DNA of 63,527 nt, the filler included, from Octopus bimaculoides (Eukaryota), in NCBI RefSeq assembly GCF_001194135.2. It is 3 parts of 3 records of this genome, joined end to end, with 100 filler letters (N's around TTAATTAATTAA, not from the genome) between each part and the next. Parts side by side here need not be neighbours in the genome. Positions count along the whole stretch, not along the records: positions 46,543 to 63,527 come from NC_068982.1; 2 more parts are not named here. The stretch is one strand, 5' to 3'. The first letter of the stretch is position 1. Each line of letters opens with the position of its first letter. Of this stretch, positions 52,742 to 63,527 are shown in pieces. The position numbers were made by a program, and so were the translations under genes. The notes beneath the pieces are model-generated. The model did not search any database. It was not told the origin of the DNA and was given only the letters and a program-made list of their open reading frames with translations.

Positions 52742-53162
52742 NNNNNNNNNNNNNNNNNNNNNNNNNNNNNNNNNNNNNNNNNNNNNNNNNNNNNNNNNNN
52801 NNNNNNNNNNNNNNNNNNNNNNNNNNNNNNNNNNNNNNNNNNNNNNNNNNNNNNNNNNNNNNNNNNNNNNNNNNNNNNNNNNNNNNNNNNNNNNNNNNNN
52901 NNNNNNNNNNNNNNNNNNNNNNNNNNNNNNNNNNNNNNNNNNNNNNNNNNNNNNNNNNNNNNNNNNNNNNNNNNNNNNNNNNNNNNNNNNNNNNNNNNNN
53001 NNNNNNNNNNNNNNNNNNNNNNNNNNNNNNNNNNNNNNNNNNNNNNNNNNNNNNNNNNNNNNNNNNNNNNNNNNNNNNNNNNNNNNNNNNNNNNNNNNNN
53101 NNNNNNNNNNNNNNNNNNNNNNNNNNNNNNNNNNNNNNNNNNNNNNNNNNNNNNNNNNNNNN

Positions 53163-53207
<45 letters not shown>

Positions 53208-53753
53208 TTATTTACTTTTATTAGTGCTAACCTGAACGTTGCAGCCAAGTTGTGGTACAACCTATGCCAGCCGTACTGCTTCTATAGTAGTTAGATGTTG
53301 ATGATATGCTGATTTTCTCTCATGGTCTTATGTTATCACGAACTGCAAATAAGAGAGTAGCCAGGTACATACTCACTACATTTACAAACAGTCCATGTCG
53401 ACTAATTTGTTTCTCTGGGAAGATATTGAAATATTGTGTACCTTTGAAATCTAGGCTGTTACAGAATATCACCATGATTTTCGATCTTGAAGTGTGTGGG
53501 TGTTCCTTCATTTCTATGAACTAGAAGCATTTTTGGTAATTTGTATATATAGCGTTGTTTGGTGCAAGACATTTAATGTACTCCATTTTTATATGTCTTT
53601 CTCTTCTTCTCTTGAGGGACAGATTTTCAAACTTTTAGTGTACGCTAGTTGTTGCATTCAGGCGAACCTTTCTCTCTTTTTCTTCCTCTTCCCTTTTATT
53701 CTGCCCCTCGCTGCCTCCTCATTCGCGAACTACCGACACGATAGTGACAATAA

Positions 53754-53860
53754 TACCTAGTTGATCCTGCCAGTAATCATATGCTTGTCTCCAAGCTTAA
53801 GCCATGCCGTAAAGGAATGGCGAAACAGTGAATGGTTTAGGAACCAGACCTAATCCTCGA
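53754..53860 (+). pseudogene. Degenerate 5' fragment of 18S rRNA, preceded by putative 5'ETS sequence (53622-53753)
   Basis: TACCTAGTTGATCCTGCCAGTAATCATATGCTTGTCTCCAAGCTTAAGCCATGC versus the universal TACCTGGTTGATCCTGCCAGTAGTCATATGCTTGTCTCAAAGATTAAGCCATGC. After a short deletion, GGCGAAACAGTGAATGG corresponds to GTGAAACTGCGAATGG. Confidence 0.85.
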
Positions 53861-54903
53861 ACTTTGTGATGCATCAATGGATGACTTCCAGATCAACTGT
53901 CATTTGACACCCGCAGGTGGCCTCAATTGTTAACAGCAGTCCAGGTAATAAAAGTGAAACATTCTCCACAATGGTCTCTTAGTTTTCTGTTCCCTGGTAC
54001 TGAATGATGCAAGAATCCATATCCACATGAAAAAATGCATCAACATTCATATTTATTCTTAGGTAATGTTGTCACAACGACCCTCGAATTGCAATCCCTA
54101 TAGGTCCTGTGTATATTGATGTTTCGGTTGGTGTGTACTGGAAAGGAGAAATCTAATATTTTCCAACCATAAATTTCATATTAACGTCAATTCACTTGTA
54201 AATTGCACAAAGATTATACTGTAGATTTTCAGCATCAGCGGGTTTATTTATTGCTTGATAAACTTCAATATAGCAATGTTAGAGTGGTTCATTACATAAA
54301 TAAACGCATATGCGATTATGAAACTAAAATCAACACTGACACTAATGAGGTGACTCGGGAGGCCCCAAGAAATATCATTGGAAATTTGTGGTTTAGAGTC
54401 AAACTACGTCCACTATGCATATAGAGGATCTCGCCTGGCACTAGGATGCTCATTGCTTCTCGAAACTTTCTTTACATTTTGTTTTCTCATTCTTTTATGT
54501 TTTGCTATTCATTTTTGTATTCATTTTCACTAAACGTTGTGCTATGACTGACTTAGTAATTCCGTGCGGCATGTAAACTCCGTTAAAGTAATCAAAACCT
54601 ATTATTAGCTACACTTAGAAGAGTTCACAGCGTAACAGTTGCATAATAAACGGCAGCAAGTTAAGAAAGATATGTAAATGACGTTTTACCTGTTCCATTC
54701 CCTTAGTTTTATTTTTCTAATTTTATTCGCACTTTTAGCAATATTAGTTGCTAACAATAGGATGCATAGCAACTCTCAGCTCACCGAATTGCTTTGCAAC
54801 GTTTGTATAGGAATAAGTGTAACGCGTATAAATCATCTGTTGATGACAATGAATTTTTAAGGAATGGTCCACATTTTGTTCTCTATACTTCTATACTGCC
54901 ACC

Positions 54904-55035
54904 AATTTTTCGAACTTTAGGCGAAGTTACCTCTCTTTTCTTCCTGTTCCCTTTACCTCTGCTTCTCGCTGCCGCCTGATTCATGAACTACCGACACGAT
55001 AGCGACAATAATACCTAGTTGATCCTGCCAGTAAT
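54904..55035 (+). pseudogene. Second copy of the putative 5'ETS plus the first ~24 nt of 18S rRNA
   Basis: GAACTACCGACACGATAG.GACAATAATACCTAGTTGATCCTGCCAGTAAT is shared with 53727-53777. Truncated by (AC)n. Confidence 0.8.
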
Positions 55036-55043
55036 AACACACA

Positions 55044-55074
<31 letters not shown>

Positions 55075-55114
55075 GCACGCACGCACGCACGCGCGCACAC
55101 ACACAAAACACACA

Positions 55115-55152
<38 letters not shown>

Positions 55153-55169
55153 TATATATATATAATACT

Positions 55170-56255
55170 AGACCGTCAAATAAACCACAAAAATTATTTT
55201 CACAAGCTGAAAATATAACTAGTATACTCATTCCTGGGAACAAGAGGAAAACATACACCTAACCAAACACCACAGCCAAAATACAAAGCTCACTTGAGAA
55301 AAGATAGTATCAATAGCATAATAGACAAAAAAGCATCTGTTTTTTTAGGCTCAGGACAGCAAACAACTGAGAAAGAAAAGGTTCAAGAAAAAACAACTGT
55401 GAAACAGCTGATAGGATAGACCCTAAAATTATTATTTTGTCAAAATGAAAGAGATGGACCAACTTTGATTATTGATGAAAGGACTAAACTTCAAACCTAC
55501 ACCTACAGTCAGCCATCAGGAATTGGAGGAAGATATCCAAAACGTTTCTCGGAAACTATGACATAGAGTTGTTTACTGATAAATATAATGAGAATGGCGA
55601 ATCTTTGGCCAAAAATAAATCAAAATTAACCCGGCAAAAGGACGAAATACACATCTAGATCAGTTCACTGATTTCTCTCCAGATTTCCACTGAAGCATAA
55701 TAGCAACGTCAGACCAAACATTTCAAAACTAGAAAAACCTGAGCAACACACAATTACCGTTTCTTGATATAATGTTAATTAAAAGCAACGCCAAAATCAC
55801 AACTGATATGTATTATAAAAGCACAGAATCACACGAGTACCGAAATTTTAAAATTATGCCACTGAACACACAAAACGCAACATCCCATAATGTCTAGACA
55901 AGAAACTTTTATTTTGACTATAGTAGATGATCCAAATACCAGGAACATACGCCTTATAGAGCTGAAAGGATTTCTGCTCAAGCAAAATTATCTTCTCCTA
56001 CTTAGAGAATATAACATTCAATGAGCAAAAGACATACCTTGTAGAATATCTTAGGGCAAGATGAGAAAGACGAACAAAACACATCAACAAAACACAATAC
56101 CATTTCTAGTAACGCACAATCTGCCTCACCAAAACACTTTTAACCTTATCAGAACAAATTTGTAAAATTAATAAAACATAATAACTAACATAACCCCTAT
56201 CTTAAGTGAAAGATAACCACGTGACCTAAAGAAATTATTAACAAAGGCACAATCC
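55170..56255 (+). mobile_element. Heavily decayed Penelope-like element (RT region)
   Basis: ITTDMYYKSTESHEY, RLIELKGFLLKQNY, NTIPFLVTHN and DLKKLLTKA match PLE RT C-terminal motifs, paralleling 3385-3700. Confidence 0.75.
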
Positions 56256-56269
56256 AATATGCATGTATG

Positions 56270-56303
<34 letters not shown>

Positions 56304-56984
56304 TGTATGTATGCATGTTTGTATGTATGCATGTATGTATGTATGCATGTATGTATGCATGTTTGTATGTATGCATGTATGTATGTATGTATGTATGTAA
56401 GGATGGATGGATGCGTGCATGCATGGCTATAATCTTACATGGGTATAATCTTCCAAGCAAATACGGCATATCTTTTTTCGCCTTCCTTACATTCTTCGGA
56501 ATACGATTTATTTTGGTTCCTTTTAGCTTTTTTATCGAGTGTGATTGGCAGACAAGTATGTATATATTTTATTGTATTCATAAATCGCTTATCAAATGGC
56601 AATTTGTACACAGATAGAAAATTGCATCATATTTACGCATTCAACTGTGTATATAATTAACGTCCTAAGTTACAAGTATCCATTTGTTTACACGCATATG
56701 AAACAAATAAACATTGATTCGGAAGAAGTAAACATTTAGATGCAAATGCATTTAAGTTCTACTGTTGAGAAAATATTCATATTATTTTGAAAAGGAATAA
56801 CATTTAAAATCTTTACGTTTCGCACACTGTAATACAATTTGCATTACATACTTAGCAAAAAGGAACATTCCTCAGAAAAGACAAGTTACACATGAAAACA
56901 CAAATAATTATCCTAGTAATAAACAATATATAGCAAAACTATTCTTAAATTTCCGGTATATGTACTTAGTTAATCCTTTCTAAT

Positions 56985-57125
56985 AGAGGTAGAAGGCATC
57001 AAACTTCCTGGGAGAGGGTTAGCTTGATTTTATCGCCCCCAGCGCTCAACTGGTTCTAATTTCATCCACAGGGAAAAGAAGAAAGTCAAAGAACTCGACA
57101 AAAGTGGAACTCAGAACGTAAAGTT
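56985..57125 (-). mobile_element. SINE family B, degenerate
   Basis: GGAGAGGGTTAGCTTGATTTTATCGCCCCCAGCGCTCAACTGG...GTGGAACTCAGAACGTAAAG. Confidence 0.6.
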
Positions 57126-57231
57126 GGGCAATGCATCCAGTTCCCTGCTTTAAATGTACTTAAACGATAAAAACTAAATATACAAATCGCATCGAATGTA
57201 GAAGCAGTGGCAGCAGCAGCAGCAGCAGCAA

Positions 57232-57270
<39 letters not shown>

Positions 57271-57280
57271 CAGTAGTATC

Positions 57281-57338
<58 letters not shown>

Positions 57339-60300
57339 CAGCAGCAGCAGCGTTGAAGCAATTCTTGCAGATTTAACACTTCAACCCTTTTCACCGTTTG
57401 CTAATTGCATTTGAAGCAATCATAATAGTATTGTCGTTAATGGATTACAAAATAAAGTTCATACCACGAATATAGTAGATGCTTATAAGAAAATAAGTGC
57501 CCAAAATAATCCATTTACCTTTTAATTTCTTTCTAATACATCAGATGAGCTTTGAATAGCTTTAGTAATTGGAAAAATCTTGTACTGATAACAACTTGAA
57601 TTAGTTCTGTCTCTCTTTTTCAACATAGTAAACGATCAAATTAATTGTGATGGTATTACATTACGTGACAATTTAGATCATCAATTAGACTATTAGAAGA
57701 TATAAAATTGAAGTAATCCGTAATGTCCAAGAGTTTATCCAGTAAATAACCGTGGGTCAATGGTTTTATTATGCATCAATTTATAGCCACATATTTAAAT
57801 GAAAGAATGATCGCCCCAATTGATAATAGAGCATCTAAAATTTGATTAGTTTTTGTGAATTTTAAAACAGCGAATTTCATATTCAGAAACATAATTGAAT
57901 ACTTTACAACATGGATGTTTACATAAAATACATGCATAATAAACTGATGAATATTTGGAAAAGCTATAACAATATAACTTCTTTGCTGTAAGTTTTCTTA
58001 ATGGTGTAATTTGAAGGGAGGTATTTGCAGGTCTTACGAGAATGGTCATCCTAATTTGAAAGCGCTTAACTTGAACAACCGTAATTTGAAGACAGCTAAG
58101 ATACTTAAATTGTTATATATAGAGAAATGAAGCTATCATGGTTTCGAGTATGCAGAAGAATATGAGCAGTCCAATTGTTCATTCTTACAAGACAAGTCTC
58201 CGAACCGAAAGAAGATTAATGGAAAGTTAAGTTAGCTAATGACGTAAACAGGCAGCAAAAGAACTCTGTGATTGCATGTGTAAATAATAATTTAGAAACT
58301 AATAAATGATTTTCATTAAAAGCAAGTGGTCAACTTAAGTTGTTTTTGTTGTTAAATTCCTAAACACATGTAGCTGAGGGGATTTATGGTGATAGGTATT
58401 CAAACCGCGGCGATTAAATTCTCTTGATTTTACTAGTAGTTTTTACGTTATTCCTTCATACAATACATCTCCTTCGTGACTTACATAATAGCATAAAATT
58501 ATAGTATGCCATTTACCTGCTGAATGGCGTGCTCACGCTTCCAAATGGAAGAAAACTCCTTTGCTTTGGAATTCTCATAAATATCGTACATAGTCATATA
58601 TTTCTAAGTCATATTATCTATATATCAAGCTGATTTCAATAAAGTGTTTTAATATTCTTGTATTTCACACAGAATATAATACGCCCACAGCTGTAGGTGG
58701 TTGAAATATACTGATAATCTTTACTCAATATATTTATTCTGGGTATTGTGGAGTCTTTACTTAAAGTTTTACAACTTCCCCAGTATATTTTAAAACTACA
58801 AGACATTTATTTCATTGTTTACCCTGAACGGAGTGTTTTGACTGAGGATTAATAAACAAAAAGGATATTTATAAGCCAATAGAGGAACCTTATTATTGTT
58901 GATCAACGTAATAAATATATCTGTTATATCTCTCACAGATATCTCCCGTTTATATATCATTTAAAGTTATATTGGAATATATCCATCTGACCAAATCTTT
59001 AACCATGTCAAAAGCCGGAATCTTCGTCAGCCACTATTATTCGTTTAATTATATCATGATTTGATAAGCTCCATGGTTGTACTGATTGTAGAATAAGCAC
59101 ATTTCAGTGCCCAAGTTGCAGCAGCAACTTCAGTCAAAGTGGATTACTTGCAATATTAAATTTTTCGCACGGACGCTGAGAATTAAATTTTTCACTCCAG
59201 ACAGAAAGTGAACGTAAAATGTTATTCAAAATAATAGAGTAAAAGATGATGGTTGAAATCAGTTTAATAAGTTTGATCCAAAAATATTAACATCATGGTA
59301 AATGACAACTACAACTGTTGGTACTAAATGCTTACTAAGATCCTGAAGCAGATGAGACGTTTTCACGCTCTTCGGGAAAAACACGCGTGATTTTCTGAAG
59401 CGAAAATATACAGTGACAGCTATTGTCCAGTACTAGCTTATTAGGTGTGACAATATTATCTGTAGATCGATTCTGGTTTCATATAATAATGATGAATTAT
59501 GACAGGTCCCTTAAGTTTCCATAGGTTTCGTGTGTGATGTCAAACAATTTATTGAATACTTTTAATAAAATTTGATGTAGAAACATATACAAAATTTCTA
59601 GTATTATAGATTGGATGGGTAAATCCGTTTTGTAATGTAAAATTTCATGGACAGAAAATAATAAAGTAGTATATTTTTCTAAATTCTAAATGTTTATTTC
59701 GAATTAATCATGAAAAAAATATTCCGGTAAATAGTCTTGCAGGCATATATTTTCGTAGGCGCATCCAATATATAGCTGTTTAATATTCGAGACAAACGTG
59801 ACAGAAGTATGTACGTACGCTGAAACACTGGGAAATCATTAAAATAAATCGTGCACAGTAAACGGCATCAGGTATTCAAGATGACAACCAAGCAATAGAG
59901 CGCTAATAAATACAGCAATTAGGTTCAAGCAGAATATTTATGATGCTTATATATTTTCGACCTCCACGAAAGGAAATCAGTCTTTTGCCGCAGTAGTTTA
60001 TGGTACAATGCAAATTAATAATAATAAATCAATGACTGGGGGTTGAAATAAAATTCTCACGAGGACTGGTGCTACTGTTTTAACTCTAAAGCTAATTTTA
60101 CTGTTAAAATGAACATAAACATGACAAGTGGAACCCATATAACGTGAGTTCACATAGGCCGTTATTTATGTTACCTGAAAACGTTACCTTTCGGACAACT
60201 TTTATTTAGAGCGTTAAATACAAAGAAATAACTTAAACATCTATACCAGCTGACACAAAGATTCTACTGAAATTACTAAGGTAGACAAACCGCCACAAGT

Positions 60301-60569
60301 CACTTGGAATTCTGTTTTATAATATATGTATGTCTGTGTGTATGTGTGCGTATCTATGTATTATGTGTACGGGTATACATGTAAGCACCAATGTATATAC
60401 ACGAGTTTGTGTTGTGTGTATGTGTATATACTCGTGTGTATGTGTATATACTTGTGTGTGTGTATGTACGTGTGCATGTCTGTCGTGAACGTATTTACAT
60501 TTTATTTATTAGATTTCATCCTACTAAGAAGAAACGAGTTTTTGAACCGAAGAATAAAAGCTTCAACAA

Positions 60570-63172
60570 CGGAATTTGGATAAGAGAAACGATAACGCTT
60601 ACATACTGAACTGTAGGGAAATTTTACCTATTGTCACTGTTGCACTTCTATGTGTATAATATGTACATCTCCAAGTATGTATTATGCGTATATATATTTA
60701 CATGTATATATATATGCACAAATATATTCATAGACAAAAACACACCCACACATACGCGCGTACACCTATGCACACATTTACCTAAATCATAAATCAACTT
60801 AAACTATTCTACAAACTCTCCCAAATAATATTAATTTTTCATGGAATTTTTCTAGAGAAATCGCTGCATTGACTTAAAAGAAATTAATTAGCAAGCTTGT
60901 TTAAATAATTGTTGCACAAAATACAGACACCTCAGTCAATTGTTGCAGACATATCCTACAATAGGATTGAATTATTGAAATGATACATCAATAAAGTATA
61001 GTCAGCTACATTTGTATCGTAAATATTGCTCAAGGAGTGGCTGATTAGGCGCCAGGTTAAGAGTGGGGAACTTTTAATTTTTCTGTTACTTCGTATGTTT
61101 GTGTCTTTGATTGACTAAAAATAATAAAGTAATATACATAACAAAATTGAATAAAATAACTAGATAATAATAAAATATAAAGATAAAATAAGAATAGGAT
61201 ACATAGACAAATTGTGTAACAAAATATATTGAACTCCTTAGATGTTAATTATGGTGAGTTTGACTATCAACATTTTGTGTTATAGCATTGAACATCATAG
61301 CCATTGGGGCTCGCTTTTTCCTCGGTGGAGTGAATGTATGTCTACATGTCTGCATTTGTGTGTGTGGGTGTGTGTATGTAACAGAGAGTGTGTTGGTGTG
61401 TGGTTGTTTGTGTGCGTTTGTGTATGTAATGCATGTAGGTTTACGTGCGTGTTTTCCTGTCATAAAATAAAATTAGATTTGTTTAACATGAAATTTAAGT
61501 CCCGACTTATCGGATCCGCACCCATCCAGGAACTTCAAAGTAATCCAACTTCATGAAGTAAGCCATCATCAGATTCCTGGGTGTCTGTTATTCGTTTAGG
61601 GATGTAGGAATAAATATAACTCTGAAAGTTCAAGAGTATTTAAGTGAATGTTTAAAGTATAGCTGCAATAGACATCAGATACTAGATTGAAATATTTACT
61701 CCAGGAACTGATAACTTTTGAAAAATTAGAAATGCATACACACATACACACACATATGAAGGAGCATGCCTGAAGGCACATAAAGAAGAAGAGTTGCTAC
61801 TCCACCGTATTCTTTTCTTTTCCACCAGGTTTACACATATTAATACGTGCCTATGTCCATGCGTGGGATTATAGGCGTATGTCTTCGTAAAGTCTGTGCG
61901 TTTCTTCATCAATATATGGGATTTTTTTTTTTATGTTGATATAATTAATCTTAACCTATTCAAGTTTCAGTACCTCTCTCATCAAACTAATTTATCGCAC
62001 ATCAAAGGAAATTAATTGATCTGGATTATAAAATGGATATTTATTGCCGTTGCTATTTTACTCCAATTAATATTTCTTTTCTAATTACACGTCCTTTGAG
62101 AGCCGTTATTCCTACCATAACTATCCCATCTCATTTTCAAAGATTATATGAAGTATTATATTATCTGATACGTTCTTTATTTTAAGACGAATGTTTTCGC
62201 CTTTCAGGAGGTTTACCTGCTAGATTTTGTAAGTAGAAACTCAGACTAAAGGGTCTTTTCTTGCTACTTATTGTTATGGTATATTTTTGTTGCTCCTCTC
62301 ACCATTGATTGTGTCACTAGTAGGGTGAGTTAAACAAAATTAAATTCTGTGAAGTTCCAGTTATTAGCATCCGGGTGTTTTACATCTCCGTGGATAAAGT
62401 TTATTTATATGATAAAATATATTGCTTCTATATAATTTATAATGCATAATTGCATTATGTATGAAATAAATGACAGGCCTGCTTTTTATTATACTTTGAA
62501 ATTCCCTGAGAAGCCCTGTCGATCGCTCATTTATCAATGTTCAAGTGCTTCGCTAGTCTTTAATATGCCATCGATTGGATAAAGAAACACCAATATAAAT
62601 TACACTAATACTTCGATTTCTTTAAAATAACAATTACTCTACTAATGCAAACTACCTAATCCAGTTTGAAATATTACAAATTGCACTGCAAAGTTCACAT
62701 AGAATGCCACTTGCACTACATCTTACTAAATCTTCCCTTCCCCCAACCATTTACTTTAACACTTCTAAAAAATACTTCTCACCCCATCTATCTAATGATT
62801 TCTTTCCCAGACGAATAACAAATATTCCAAACGTTATATTCTTTTACAATTCACAGCAAATCAACTTCACAAAATCTTTTATAAACTCGTCCAACTATTA
62901 TTAATTTTTCATAGAATTCTCTCTTGAGTATACGATGCACCGACTTAAAACTAATTAATTAACACGCTTGTTTAAATAATCGTTACACAATATACAAACA
63001 CCTCAGTCAATTACGGCAGACATATCGCAGAATAGGATTAAATTATTGCAATGAGACATCGATACTACATATTTAGCTATAGTTATATCTCAAGTATCAA
63101 ATACGGAGTGATGTAATAGGCGCCAATTTATGAGGATTGTGAATATTTTCATTGTTTGTGTGTCTTTGTTTG
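60570..63172. repeat. Old direct duplication, offset ~2.0-2.07 kb (best block 60791-61110 vs 62859-63172)
   Basis: Collinear anchors AAATCAACTT, ATTAATTTTTCAT.GAATT, GACTTAAAA, GCTTGTTTAAATAAT, ACACCTCAGTCAATT, GCAGACATATC, AATAGGATT and TAGGCGCCA. Roughly 70-75% identity by eye. Confidence 0.85.
62208..62228 (+). other. Candidate 21-nt micro-exon
   Basis: gttttcgcctttcag|GAGGTTTACCTGCTAGATTTT|gtaagt: consensus splice sites, frame-preserving, open in phase 0 (EVYLLDF) and phase 1 (GLPARF). Confidence 0.35.
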
Positions 63173-63475
63173 CAATTTGCTAATAAGTATTACTGTAAAA
63201 TATGATAAAGAGCTAAATTAAATTTCAAAGACAGAAAAAGAAGAAAAGCAAATATGAACAAAAATTTTAAACCGCATACATAGTGCACAAAATATCGGAT
63301 TCAATAAATTTCATTATGATGAACTTCGTTAAAACTTGTATGATACAGGGAAATAAAACTGAGTGCAATACAGCAAATGTGATTTGTTCCCTTCCTCTGG
63401 GATTGCATAACTAGCGTTGCATGTAAGCCAAAAATCGCGTTTGTGTATGTGTGTTTGTGCATGCATATATGCTCA

Positions 63476-63527
<52 letters not shown>

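Noticed and set aside
58517-58603. 87-nt minus-strand exon candidate KYMTMYDIYENSKAKEFSSIWKREHAIQQ
   Set aside because: Good donor but weak acceptor, isolated, no family match.
59060-59180. C2H2-like string FQCPSCSSNFSQSGLLAIL
   Set aside because: Lacks the first zinc-binding His, is single, and sits in a ~40-codon frame between stops.
61500-61557. Plus-strand exon candidate PDLSDPHPSRNFKVIQLHE with gtaagc donor
   Set aside because: Poor polypyrimidine tract. Its only open phase (2-0) does not join the phase-1 candidate at ~61829; left unresolved.
62218-62228. LPARF read as an RFamide neuropeptide
   Set aside because: The base after the Phe codon is T, so the next codon cannot be the Gly needed for amidation.

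Overview
AT-rich, repeat-dense eukaryotic scaffold with about 16 N-gaps and very abundant di-, tri- and tetranucleotide microsatellites. The repeat families and the 18S-like fragment suggest an octopod cephalopod; this is inference from recalled repeat families, not a database search. Almost all entries in the ORF track are microsatellite or N artefacts. Supported content: (1) one spliced minus-strand gene (exons 15691-15829, 13575-13760, 12578-12819, probable ATG micro-exon 19668-19684) encoding a ~192-aa Pro-rich, glycine-zipper, acidic-tail protein I cannot assign to a named family; (2) Penelope-like element remnants, two carrying minimal type I hammerhead ribozyme motifs; (3) many 3' fragments of R4/Dong-type RLE retrotransposons sitting in (AAT)n arrays; (4) decayed RTE LINEs and at least four tRNA-headed SINE families; (5) a complete non-autonomous Helitron and three foldback inverted repeats; (6) two related copies of a putative 5'ETS/18S rRNA junction; (7) an old ~2 kb-offset duplication and candidate micro-exons near the right end. 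No CRISPR array or prokaryotic system is seen. All alignments and translations were done by eye.
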